Counted from the whole stretch's first letter, positions 1 through 12,167 are shown. The stretch is 62,204 nucleotides of DNA, filler included, from Pirum gemmata (GCA_002812295.1; 21 parts of 21 records of this genome joined end to end with filler, not necessarily neighbours in it), one strand, 5' to 3'. The notes: generated by a model from the sequence alone, not told the origin. Numbers and translations are program-made.

Positions 1-831
1 AATAATAATAATAATAATAATAGAAAAATACCAATATATAAAATATACTGGTAGTATAGGGAGGGTCCTATAGACTGTATATATGATAGTAATTTTTTTT
101 ATAAGTATCGTAACTGTTTTTTAGAACTGTTTTTAAAAGTCTACAAAAGTCTTTAGAAAAGTTAAAAAACTAAAAGTCTTTAGAAAAGTCTAAAATGTAA
201 ATAGACCTCTGCTAACTTTACTTGAACTTTTCGATGTTTTCGATACCCAGATTTTAAGCCTTTTCAGTGGTTAAACTCTTTAAAAAGTACCATATACAGT
301 AACTAGTCTATTTTTGGTACATTTAGGTTCTAAGTTAGGTAAATTTGTCTTTTTTAAGGAAACTTTAAGTCAATCCCAGTGGGTAAAGCCTAAAAAATTA
401 CAAATATATAACAAAATTACCTTTTTAATGTAGTCTAAATCTCTTATTTAGGGTGGTTTTTCTAATTTTTTTAAAAGTAAATGTACATTTTATAATAAAA
501 ATAATTTTTTAAAAAAAAACTTAACGAAATCAATAAATTAACACTTAATTCACCACGTTACTTCAATTAATAAAATGTTCTGCGTTTAAGCTTTAATCGA
601 CAGAGAACTTATTTATATGTTTGTATTAATATACTATGCACTTTGAGTTTGAAGGCCTCATATTGAACATTAAAGATTTTTAATACATGCTTACTACTTT
701 CAGTAGTCTAAAATTAACATTCAGTCAATTCACCAACTTTCATCAGTTAGTAAAGTATATTAAATTGTTATTAGTTTCAGCTATAACTAAGGGAGAATGT
801 CGTGGCAATGATATTAATTAATTATTTTTAG

Positions 832-1101
832 TTATAAGCTTAAGTTATAATATTCATCCAGGTTCACATTTTCCCATTTAGCTTCCCATTCATTTTCCTC
901 TTCCCAATCACCAAAATCTTGAAAGAAATCATCAGCATTAATGTCTTGTAAGTAGGTATCAGATTCTGTTGATGAGTCATCATCAGTGAAATGAAGAGGT
1001 ACATTTTCATAGCTTTGATAGTTCTCATTTTCAGAGTAATCTAAATCTAAAAGCATATGGAAATACTGTTGCTTCACGTTTTTCTTTTTTATCTTTCGCA
1101 T
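832..1101 (-). CDS. Hypothetical acidic protein or exon
   Basis: 89-aa ORF with non-repetitive D/E/W-rich composition. No recognised domain. Confidence 0.3.
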   Translation of the reverse strand: MRKIKKKNVKQQYFHMLLDLDYSENENYQSYENVPLHFTDDDSSTESDTYLQDINADDFFQDFGDWEEENEWEAKWENVNLDEYYNLSL

Positions 1102-1382
1102 TCTTTCTATTAATAATATTACATATACTTTTTTTGTAGAAGTAACGGTGGGCGTTTGTATGGAATTTTAGCAAGTTTACTAACTTTACCGCCTTTTAAA
1201 TTATCATGTAAGCGAGATGGTTTAAAAAATGACCATGAGTCAATAGGAGTTTTAATCAAGTTTTTATCGGCTTCACCCGGGAAAGCCCACAAACATAGCA
1301 TGTCAGTGCATGTATATTATAATAGACTACTACACACTACTATACACAGTTGTACATACAATCACATTGTTTGTTTGAAATA

Positions 1383-1921
1383 TTTCAAGAAAAATTATTA
1401 TATTTTATAAACGAACCGAGCCTGTATGATGGTCATATGCTAGCTAGTAGTCATAAAACGAGAACAAAGAAACATTTTTTATAATGAATCCTATAATGAA
1501 TCTACTATATTTATTTTTATACATACAAATAATATTTCGAGTATCATATTTTTGTTTCGGAAGGTTACTTGTGCTCGTTATTTTCAGCTTTGTATATCGG
1601 TACATTTAATATATTCCAGTAGACCTAAAGCAAATACACAGTTGTTGTACATATTAATACAATTTTCAAGAAAAATTATTATATTTTATAAACGAGCCGA
1701 GCCTGCTAGCTAGTAGTCATATGATATATCAAAAAAACGAGAACAACGAAACATTTTTTATAATGAATCCTATAATGAATCTACTATTAATAAATTTATA
1801 TTTATACATACAAATAATATTTCGAGTATCATATTTTTGTTTCGGAAGGTTACTTTTGTGCTCGTTATTTTCAGCTTGTATATCAGTACATTTAATATAT
1901 TCCAGTAGACCTAAAGCAAAT
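1383..1921. repeat. Tandem duplication of a ~270-bp unit (about 1383-1636 and 1664-1921)
   Basis: Shared blocks tttcaagaaaaattattatattttataaacga...aatgaatcctataatgaatctacta...ccagtagacctaaagcaaat occur twice with small indels. Confidence 0.9.
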
Positions 1922-2721
1922 CCCGTACAACAATTATCGATACAAGAAGTCTTACAAGATGCTTTAAATTTAATTATTAAAAAAAGTAGTCATTGGATTG
2001 ACGATGGCGCCGGCGATGATAATATTAAAATAGCACTCGATATTGTTTATTTATCATATATATTCTCAGATAGTATCACCAGCTATATTAATTACCTAAT
2101 AGTATCGGAATATTCTCAGATAATATCACCAGCTATATTAATTAATTACTTATTTTCATTCGTTTGCTATTACTACTACACTTATTGCAGGTAATAATTC
2201 CCAATGTGACTCGGTGTTTACAAGACTCGATCTTCCTATGCAATGATATGATTATGATAGCTCGATCTTCCCCCCCACCTTTTTTTTTTACCCTAACCCT
2301 AACCCTAACCCTAACCCTAACCCTAACCCTAACCCTAATACCAAAATTATACGCTTTTCTTGTGATTTTCTCCTGCGAGTGATTTTCTCTGACAAGACTG
2401 GGCAACAATTAGCCTATCATATCATTTATTTTCAAACTTTGAAGTAGTGCCGAAACTCGAACGAAGAATTCGAACCGATTCGTGGGTCGAGAAAATTTAC
2501 TTGGTAGTCATATTATTTTATTGTCTATTATAGATGTTTGAATCTTCGAATCGATACCGAATGTTTACCTCGTATTTGTTCGTGAACTCAGAGCTGCTCT
2601 TTTTTTTAAAAAAAAAATTGAGTTTTCAAGCCTATTTATTAATTAAATAAGTTCGAAATTTTGAGCTTACAATTTTAATTTAAAAGTATTCAAATATATT
2701 TATTTATTTATAAACCCGAAA

Positions 2722-2821
2722 NNNNNNNNNNNNNNNNNNNNNNNNNNNNNNNNNNNNNNNNNNNNTTAATTAATTAANNNNNNNNNNNNNNNNNNNNNNN
2801 NNNNNNNNNNNNNNNNNNNNN
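2722..2821. other. Artificial contig linker (N44-TTAATTAATTAA-N44). The same linker recurs at 5567, 9826, 12666, 15313, 18134, 20943, 23808, 26618, 31084, 33926, 36780, 39618, 42481, 45307, 48072, 50879, 53712, 56522 and 59343
   Basis: Identical 100-bp spacer with a palindromic all-frame-stop 12-mer, repeated about every 2.8 kb. Genes are truncated at these points. Confidence 0.98.
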
Positions 2822-2978
2822 AATAATAATAATAATAATAATGGCAACAAAAATAACGATAACGATGATTTTTTTAAAAATACAAATCCTGGCAGTTACT
2901 TTTTTAATTTAGTAAATTAAAAAGAAAAAAAAAATTTTTTTTTCAATAAATAAAAAAATTTATTATATAAAAAGTGAA

Positions 2979-3749
2979 ATGAATCAACAAACAATAACCA
3001 GTGTAGTATTTGTTATAATTTTTGTTATATTTGGTATAGCGCTCTATTTTTTCGATCGCAATAGTAAAAAGAAAATGAATTTATTGTCCGATACTGATGG
3101 AAAATGGGGAGAATGGAGCGAATGGTCATCTTGTGATAAAGATTGTGATGGAGGAGTACAGAAACGTAACCGTTCATGCAATAGTGGAATGTGTGATGGA
3201 CCAAAAATACAAACACAGGAATGTAATACTGACCCGTGTGAAGATAAATGCAATGATTGGAGAGGTATATCACCTGGGATATATGCTTTTAATGTTCCAA
3301 CATGTTTTGTAAAAACAAGTGAGTTAAATTTCGATAATTTTGAAAAGTCAACAGAATCCTTCCAGAAAATTAGTAAACATTTACAAACTAATATTGGTGA
3401 AATTGAAATTGGTGATGAATATAAAAATGAACGACTTAGTATTACTGAAGATCCTGGATTAGAAATGAATGTATTGGGATTAGGATTAGATCAAAAAGAT
3501 ATTGATGGTTCAACTAAACCAAAGATGGATAGACAACGTATTGAAATTAAGGGTAATTTAAAGGAAGAATGGTTAGGTAATAAGGATGACAATAAAAATG
3601 GTAATACAAAAAATAACCTATATGTTCGTTATACTACAATGATTTTATTTATAATGTTACTCGGCAATAAGTACAAACTTTATGCTTACTCCTTAATGGA
3701 TTTGGGTTCCAAAACCAAAAAAAAGTTTACCCAAAATCGCACTTTTTAA
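2979..3749 (+). CDS. Signal-anchored thrombospondin type-1 (TSP1) repeat protein. It probably continues in another frame from ~3730 to ~3834
   Basis: N-terminal hydrophobic segment (VVFVIIFVIFGIALYFF), then the canonical TSP1 motif DGKWGEWSEWSSCDKDCDGGVQKRNRSC...CDG...TQECNTDPC. Confidence 0.85.
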   Translation: MNQQTITSVVFVIIFVIFGIALYFFDRNSKKKMNLLSDTDGKWGEWSEWSSCDKDCDGGVQKRNRSCNSGMCDGPKIQTQECNTDPCEDKCNDWRGISPGIYAFNVPTCFVKTSELNFDNFEKSTESFQKISKHLQTNIGEIEIGDEYKNERLSITEDPGLEMNVLGLGLDQKDIDGSTKPKMDRQRIEIKGNLKEEWLGNKDDNKNGNTKNNLYVRYTTMILFIMLLGNKYKLYAYSLMDLGSKTKKKFTQNRTF

Positions 3750-5430
3750 TACAGAAAAACATCATGTAGATATTGTTTGGAATAATTTAACAGCAATGAA
3801 AGAACATCAACAAAAATTTAAAACTATGAAGCATGTATATATATTATTTTTTGTTTTTGTATTTATTTTTGTTTTTCTTGTTTTTCTTGTTTTTCTTATT
3901 TTTCTTTATTTTTTGTTTTTGTTATTTGCTTTTGAGAAACGGGCAATGATATATATAGAGGTAAGATCTTCTCCCAGGCTCCCCTAGCTAGCTTCAGTAA
4001 ACTAGCGTTGACAAAAATTGCTAGCTAGTCTAGGACAAAATGTGCCAGTAATGTGCCCCAAATTTTATAAAAATAGTAGACTAACAAATGAAAAAAAATA
4101 AAATAACACTTCCACAAACTTTTGCAACTATTTTTTCCAGTCTTTTTCTTAGCCACTTTTTCCAGAACAAAACACACAAACAAAACAAAGTAGAATTTAC
4201 ATAGTGGAAGTAAATTTTTTCCTACTTTCACTAGGCATTGTGAGATGTAATATAAGTTGAATTATGTTTTTTTCGAATTTATAATTATAATAAAGGTTTG
4301 AACTGTTCGAGTCTTAATTTCCGTAGAGGATCATAATACCATGTATAGGGACTAACGTATAGGGCTAGGACGGATGACGTCATAATAATATTTTTTATTT
4401 TTTACTTTTTGCCAACAACGATTCAGGTTGAGGGAAAGAGAATTTCTCTTATAATTAAATTACTAATTATTGGAAGACTAATGATTACTGCCATGATCCA
4501 AAAATGGAAATATTGCATATGATAATCTATGAGAAGGGGATTTACTTTTCCTTTATACCTGAAGCGAGGTTAGAACAAAATATTTTTTATAAATTTTTTT
4601 TTTAGGCTTGAAATTAAAAAGTGATTTTTTTCTTCTGACAAAAAAAAAAAATTCAAGCTTGAAATTGAAAATCGCTCTGTCACCCCCAGTCGTGCAAATT
4701 TTAGGTCGCCAGAAAAAAATTGCAAAATTTTCAGGTGTCCTCGCATATCGGCACTTTTTTAATGCAATTTCAGGCCTGGAATTTTGGAGCTTTTCCAAAA
4801 AAAAAAATTGCAGGTCTCACGTCCAATTTTTTCCATTTCACGTCTAAAATAATAACATTTTGGTTCGAAAAAAAATTTCCCTCGAATCGATCACATTTTT
4901 TTTTTCCGGCAACATTTTAAAGCAGTGCCGGGTACAATATCATACACTTCAACTTATTTGGTACGATGAAAAAATCAGCTACTGAATTTTCGTCTTTTTT
5001 AGTTTCTTTTTTTCTTTTTTTTTTTTGAAAATTTTTTATTAAAAGCCTAAAATTTAGAAAAATTTCAGGCTTGCAATTTTTAAAAAAATAGTTGCCGAAA
5101 AGGGTATTATTGTGAAGTCACCCGTGCTAGCCCTATACTTAAGTCCCTAAGGTAAAAGTAAGATTTTCTTCATTTTTGTGGAGTAATTTTCTAATTTTTT
5201 CAGCCTAATGCTCTGTTTAAATATGGTATGTGAATAACCTTATTTAGAAATCGTAAAAAATTGTTTTTAAAATCTTGAAATAAAACGTTTTTTACCCCCC
5301 TCTCACGGAGAAGGGCGAAAATAAACTTGTTCCGCAAAACCCGCACACGTATTCCATAATTTTGTGACATAAATAATAACAAAAAGTACGATGTTGGGTA
5401 ACCTATTATTGCTATTCCTAATAGTAACCC

Positions 5431-5469
<39 letters not shown>

Positions 5470-5666
5470 CCAAAATCGCACTTTTTAATACAGAAAAACA
5501 TCATGTAGATATTGTTTGGAATAATTTAACAGCAATGAAAGAACATCAACAAAAATTTAAAACTATNNNNNNNNNNNNNNNNNNNNNNNNNNNNNNNNNN
5601 NNNNNNNNNNTTAATTAATTAANNNNNNNNNNNNNNNNNNNNNNNNNNNNNNNNNNNNNNNNNNNN

Positions 5667-5699
<33 letters not shown>

Positions 5700-5775
5700 T
5701 GGTAACAACAACAATAGTAGCAACAACAGCAACAGCAACAATAACGACAACAATACAATAACGACAACAATACTC

Positions 5776-6262
5776 TAACCGTAACCGTAACCGTAACCGT
5801 AACCGTAACCGTAACCGTAACCGTAACCGTGATCCTGACGCTAACGCTAATCCGAACCCTAAACCGAATTCTAACTCTAAATCTATCTCTAACCCTAACG
5901 CTAACACTAACACTAGCACTAACACTAACCTAACGCTAACCTAACACTAACACTAACCCTAACATTAACGCTAACACTAACCCCAATCGTAATCGTAACC
6001 GCAACCATAACCGTAACCATAACCGTAACCGTAAACCGTAACCGTAAATTGTAACCGTAAACCGTAACCGTAAACCGTAGCCGTAAACCGTAGCCGTAAC
6101 CGCAACCGTAACCGTAACCGTAAACCGCAACCGTAAACCGTAACCGTAACCGTAACCGTAACCGTAACCATAACCATAACCATAACCGTAACAGTAACCG
6201 TAACCGTAACTGTAGCTGTAACTGTAACCGGAACTCAATCCCAATCCCAATTCCAACCCTAA
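5776..6262. repeat. Compound hexamer microsatellite (TAACCG/TAACCA/TAACAC/TAACGC variants)
   Basis: Visible runs of (TAACCG)n and single-base variants. Confidence 0.95.
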
Positions 6263-6339
6263 CCTGTATACTTTCTATACTCTTTCTATTATTATTATTA
6301 TTATTATTTTAAACGTACACCCTAACCCTACTTAATACC

Positions 6340-7010
6340 CCATCCCTAAAGTTTTTGGCTCAATTATTAATAATGATAGTATGACCAAAGCTATGTCTTT
6401 TATTCTAGTAATACCTTATCGATAATTTACGTCATTAATAAACAATTGATGTCCCAATTTTGGGCATCGTCATATTTTAAGTTTTAAAAAAAGAAAAATT
6501 GAACTTGGGTTATAATATAAAATTTGCGTAAACACAAACCGAAAAAGTATCCTCCCCTTTGATCTTTATGACTAAAAATATACCTTTTATTATTTCAGTC
6601 ATCATTTATCAGTTTATGTCATAACTAAATTTACGTCTCAATTTTTGGCATCATCACCCCACACCACACCCCTTCCCCAAAATGATCTTTCGTGACTAAA
6701 AACGTGTCTTTTATTCCTGTCGTAGTTTATCCATAATTAAGTGATGGTTTACGTCATAACTAAACAATTTACGCTCAATTTTGGGCATCATCACCCCCCT
6801 TCCCCAAAATGATCCTTATGACTAAAAAATTTTTTTATTCCTGTCGTAGTTTATCCATAATTAAGTGATGGTTTACATCATAACTAAACAATTTACATTC
6901 CAATTTGGTTATCATCACCCCCCCCCCCTTCCCCACAATGATCCTTATGGCTAAAAATGTGTTATTCCTGTGGTAGTTTATCCATAATTAAGTGATGGTT
7001 TACGTCATAA
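6340..7010. repeat. Minisatellite of ~125-bp units, about 5 diverged copies
   Basis: Recurring gtcataactaaacaatttac...ggcatcatcacccc...ccaaaatgatccttatgactaaaaa...gtagtttatccataattaagtgatggtttac. Confidence 0.9.
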
Positions 7011-7121
7011 NNNNNNNNNNNNNNNNNNNNNNNNNNNNNNNNNNNNNNNNNNNNNNNNNNNNNNNNNNNNNNNNNNNNNNNNNNNNNNNATTATTCTATA
7101 TTTATATAATATATAGTTTAC

Positions 7122-8952
7122 TTATCAAAATCAATTTCAGTTTTCGATAGTATCATGCATTTAGTCAAGTCTTTTGAGAATTGAGCATAACATGGAGAGC
7201 TATTTCCGAATAAAGTTTGTCGTTCACACACCTCAAACTGTCCCTTTAATTCGCAATAAATATAAGACTTTGTAAACAAATGAAATGAAAGTTGCAGTAG
7301 TGTATCATACAGATGATCTTTAAAGATTATAACTATGTAAGATGTAGAGAAAATTCTTAAATATATCAATTTCGATTTATATATATATATATATATCATA
7401 CAGATGATCTTTAAAGATTATAACTATATAAGATGTAGAGAAAATTCTTAAAATATATCAATTTCGATTTTTGGAATACCAATTTAATCACAAAGCTGGC
7501 CACAAATAATTGTTATCTAATATATATACCCACCTCCTTAATTTTTTCCAATACGACTATGCCAATAGTGACAGGTTTATGGTTATTTCCGATACGACTT
7601 TCTTCGTCTACCCTCCAACAAACGAAAGCTGTTTTTGAAGTAGTTTCTGAATCCAAATGCCCCCCGGCAAGCAATCGGAAAGGACCCCCGAACGGCAGGC
7701 ATTCGTGAGCTATTTTGAACGTCTTAATTTATCGTTTAAAAAAGAATAATGAAAATAAAAGCAGCATTGATATGCTGAAAAATGAAATATACCGCAACAT
7801 GTAACATATACTAACCCAAATAATAATAATAATATAATATGCAATAAACAAAAAAGCGTATAATATTATGTTGATAGTAGTACTGACACTGATATAATAC
7901 TTCTATTGAAATATAAAAACGAATACATGTGCAAATTCAAATATGAATATAAATATTAATATGAATACCGATACGAATACGAATACGAATATGAATACGA
8001 ATACGAATACGAATATGAATAAGAATAAGAATACTACGAATAAGAACAAATACAAATACGAATACAACGAATACGAATACGAATAGAATACGAATACGAA
8101 TACGAATACGAATACGAATACGAATACGAATACGAATACGAATACGAATACCCAAACGCTAATACTAAAATACTAAAACAAAAATACTAATATTAATACT
8201 AAAATATCAACATTAAATTACTAATACAAAAATACCAATACAAAAATACTAACATATTGGTGTAAATATTAGTACCTGTCCCAAAACGTGAACAACGTAA
8301 AGCATCCCGGCTCCATCGGCAATGAGAATCAGAGTTGAAGAAAGCACTAGTATCGACGGTCCATATCGACGCTCCAGTGTACTTTTTTTGAGTTGTAAAA
8401 CTTTTTGTTTCTTTATGTCAAACTCCTAAATGTTAAGAAAATACATATCCGAGTCAGAATGGTAAGATAAAAACACACTATAAATAGTATCGTACCCATA
8501 TATATATATATATATATATATATACCTCTGACGTTGTTATACGAACTAGATTTAAGTCAGAGTCAATATAATAAACAATGTTTTCATCAAATGGATCAGC
8601 AACAAGGCAATTCTGTAACTCGATCGCTTTTAAGTATTCCAGATTGAAATGTTCGGAGCTGTCTACGTGAACCTTAAAATACAAGAAATAAAATTTATTA
8701 ATAAGAAACATCGGGCGACGAAAGAATAAGGATTAAAAAAACTATCAAAACAAAAGGACAGATACAAATATGAGGCAATCAGAATGAGATCATCATATAT
8801 AGGATAAATAAGCTTACAACTAAAGGAGAGCTATTCTCATAAGAGCAGGTGGTTTTTACGATGCTTTCTTGGGAACAAAGCTTGTAGCCATCAAAAAAGT
8901 GATTGAGCAGATCTTTCTTGATCGTAACGGTGTTTTCAGTAAATTTGGTCAT
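7122..8952 (-). CDS. NUDCD1: NudC domain-containing protein 1, 5' part. Exons 8818-8952, 8526-8672, 8276-8425, 7534-7722, 7122-7243
   Basis: The GT-AG exons splice in frame to MTKFTENTVTIKKDLLNHFFDGYKL...NCLVADPFDENIVYYID...LIADGAGMLYVV...GPFRLL...RQTLFGNSSPCYAQF. These motifs are colinear with NUDCD1 motifs as I recall them (LLDPRFEGYKL, SVYYID, LSDGTGRLYV, LRGKSVPHYA). Confidence 0.85.
7968..8150. repeat. (CGAATA)n intronic microsatellite
   Basis: Direct hexamer run inside NUDCD1 intron 3. Confidence 0.95.
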
Positions 8953-9947
8953 ATTGACTGAATTTTGTACTATTTTATAATTAAACTAATAAAATGAGTA
9001 ATTAACAGGATACTTTTTAAATTTAATTTCTTTATCGGGAGGTCTCACGTCCATATAGCAAGGGTATTATAAAATTTATTTATTTATTTTCTACTTACTT
9101 TCTTTTTGTATAGCGTAGAACCCCCGGAGGAACTATTAAAATAATTTAAAAAAGTAAAACAAATGGTACCTTTGCAAAAGCTAGGAGACCGTTTGAAAAA
9201 TGCTGTGTTGTAACTTGTAAAACAAAATCAGTTGAAATAATTTGATTGGAATAGTTATAAATTATACTGTTATATTGTTACTATGTTATATAATTGTTAC
9301 AATGCGGTAATATAATATTACACCTGTTGTAAATTGTATCGATTTTTTTTTTTATTTATGTAGTTTTCGCACATCGTTCTCCGATGTATAGCGGGGTGTC
9401 TCAGTTAATTAATTAAGTACCTCCGATGTATCAATATTACTGGGGGCACACGTAGTCTACAGACGTCTAGCTAGCTAGCTCTAGCTAGCTAGCTAGTAGG
9501 GTTGTTCGGAATCCAGACTTGTTCCAGCCTCCGTCTAGCTAGCTCTTGCTTGCTAGCTAGAGTACCGGTATTGAGCCCCTGGTCAGGCCTGGTCAGGTGG
9601 GTGTGCGACTGGATCTAGAGCACCCTTTCCGAATTTTATTGAACCCCGGCCCCCTGTCAGTAGATGGGGATCTACCTAGCTAGCTAACTAGCTAGACTCT
9701 ACCCGTAGACAGGTAGCTATCGACGCCCATGACAACAAAATAGAGTGACCACCAGGAGTTCACCAGGTCACAGAGACACCAGCGTCATCTTCCTTGATGA
9801 GCAAAATTTAATATATCATATATGANNNNNNNNNNNNNNNNNNNNNNNNNNNNNNNNNNNNNNNNNNNNTTAATTAATTAANNNNNNNNNNNNNNNNNNN
9901 NNNNNNNNNNNNNNNNNNNNNNNNNAAAAAAAAAAAAAAAAAAAAAA

Positions 9948-10565
9948 AACAGCCAGGCCGGATCGGATAAAACTGTGTAGAAATAATAATTTTTTTTTTT
10001 TAGACTTCTTTCTAAAAATCTTTTTTTTTAAAAAAATTCTAATTTATAACTAGCCAAATTATTTTTAAAACGTGGCCGCCATTGGTTTATTATAGAATTT
10101 TATTAATTAAACGATTTCTCAGAATTTGGTAGGACTTTCATTTAAATTGGATCATTTTGAGATTTTTGGATTTTGAGCTCATTTGCAAGCTAAAGCAAAG
10201 CGTATCATGAAAAAAAAAAACTTATTAGAAATTTTATTATTAATTTTTTTTATTTTTAGGGAGACTAACGCCAACTTCTGGTCAAATACAGCTTCAAATA
10301 CCCCTACCTACCTACCCCTCGACGTTAATTTCCAGTCAAATACCACCTACCTACCTACCCCTTGACGTGACGTATTATTCGAACGCCTTACCCGATTTAC
10401 AATATAAAACATAAATTTACAGATAACATTCATAAAAAGGATATCACTTATTCTTTGATAAAAGTCATTGCTCGAAAGTGTGACTTAAACTGTTTTAGGC
10501 AGTAATTAATTATGAAAATGAACTTTAAAATTATGACCAAAAGTGTTTTGGGCAAAGAGGCATAG
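9948..10565. mobile_element. Dispersed repeat family C, interrupted by a family A MITE. Other copies at ~16470-16675 and ~40560-40897
   Basis: The blocks ggatcattttgagatttttggattttgagctc and gctcgaaagtgtgacttaaactgttttag...aagtgttttgggcaaagaggcatagg recur in reverse complement on other contigs. Confidence 0.75.
10259..10390 (+). mobile_element. MITE family A copy (PIF/Harbinger-like)
   Basis: Matches the complete copy at 29730-29874 (ggtcaaatacagcttcaaatacccctacctacctacccctcgacgtt...). Confidence 0.85.
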
Positions 10566-10617
10566 GTAAGATTAGGTAGTCATTATTAGACTATTTATTT
10601 ATTTATCATATAAGTAA

Positions 10618-10746
10618 GGGATCGCTCAAATAATACGTCACGTCAAGGGGTAGGTAAGTAGGTGTTATTTGACCTGAAGTTAACGTCGAGGGGTAGGTAG
10701 GTAGGGGTATTTGAAGCTGTATTTGAAGCTGTAAATTGGCGTTACG
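10618..10746 (-). mobile_element. MITE family A copy, inverted
   Basis: Reverse complement of family A. Begins TAA-GGGATCGCTCAAATA. Confidence 0.85.
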
Positions 10747-11085
10747 CAGTAAATGATAATTATTATTATAATAATAATATTAATATAATAATAATATATA
10801 TCATATCATACATAAAAAAAAAACAAAACAAAACAAAACAAAAAAAAAGTATATAAACCGAAAAGAAACAACAACATTACAACAACATTACAACAACAAC
10901 AAACAACAACAAAACAAAACCAACTAACCAACCAACCAACACACAAACACATATATTACTCAATACAAAATCATAAACAAACAAACAAACAAGCAAACCA
11001 ACAAACAAAACACACAACAACCTTCAATACAAAATCATAATAAAAATAAATAAATAAAAATAAATATATTATTAAAATTAAAAAC

Positions 11086-11493
11086 ATGTTTTCAAATTCA
11101 AAATTGTTTTCTTTTTTAACTTTGGCCTTCTTAATTACTTTAACACAAGGGGCTGCAACAACTGGAGGTACCTGTGCTGCGGATGTCGCTGTTACTGGAG
11201 TAAATGGTTCGAACGCCGAATTCAAATCCACGGTCGACACCCTTTCCCGAAGGGCTTTAGGAGCTGGTAGTACTGTAGCTAAATGCCTTAAAGTTGATGT
11301 TTATTGCCCGGTTAGTAATCCGGATCCAAGCATTAAAGTATCTGATGCTTGTGCTGATTGTATAGGAGACACTGTAACTTGTGGAACCCAACATTGTTCA
11401 AGCCAATGTTTAATTAGTTCTACATCTCAAAAATGTGAAAGTTGTATTTCTACTAATTGTGGTGCAGCTGAAGCGGTTTGTTATGGAAGTTAA
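11086..11493 (+). CDS. Small secreted cysteine-rich protein (135 aa)
   Basis: Signal peptide MFSNSKLFSFLTLAFLITLTQG, 12 Cys with a CxxC...CxxxxCxxxC...CxxCxxxxC pattern, intact ATG to TAA, intronless. Confidence 0.85.
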   Translation: MFSNSKLFSFLTLAFLITLTQGAATTGGTCAADVAVTGVNGSNAEFKSTVDTLSRRALGAGSTVAKCLKVDVYCPVSNPDPSIKVSDACADCIGDTVTCGTQHCSSQCLISSTSQKCESCISTNCGAAEAVCYGS

Positions 11494-11934
11494 TTAACTT
11501 AATTCAAAACAATAAAAGTAAAATTTAAATTGTGTATTTATTTTTTTCTTTCAATCCTTGTTTTTGATAATTGTAAAACTTAATAAATTTTTGAATTTAC
11601 TTCTATCAATTCTTCTTCTCGAATCTAGTTCGAATTTCCTCTATGTGGCATGGGTTATAACCATGCCTACAAAGTTTTAAGCCCAAAGCAGACCCAAGCC
11701 CAACCCAAGCCTAACTCAGGTCCAAACCCAAGCCAAAGCCAAACCAAACCAATCCTTACCCAAAACCCAACCCAACCTCAACCCCAACTCCAACTCCAAC
11801 TCCCAACCTCAACTCACAGCTCGACCGTAACTCGAACAACCCAACCTACTACTACTACAACAGCAACAGCAACAACAACAGCAACAACAACTACTACTAC
11901 CTATTACTACTTCCTACCTATTACTACTTCCTAC

Positions 11935-11974
<40 letters not shown>

Positions 11975-12109
11975 CCCTCCTCCTAATTCAAAACCCAAGC
12001 CAAAGCCAAACCAAACCAACCCTTACCCAAAACCCAACCCAACCCAACCCAACCCCTACTCCAACCCCAACCTCGAATCACAGCTCAACCGTAACTCAAA
12101 CAACCCAAC

Positions 12110-12167
<58 letters not shown>

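Noticed and set aside
2766..2777. Regularly spaced TTAATTAATTAA palindrome as a biological repeat or CRISPR-like array
   Set aside because: It is always centred in 88 Ns, a synthetic all-frame-stop contig spacer.
9575..9625. 5S rRNA-like fragment (ggtcaggcctggtcag)
   Set aside because: Only a short resemblance. The rest of the 5S sequence and structure is absent.
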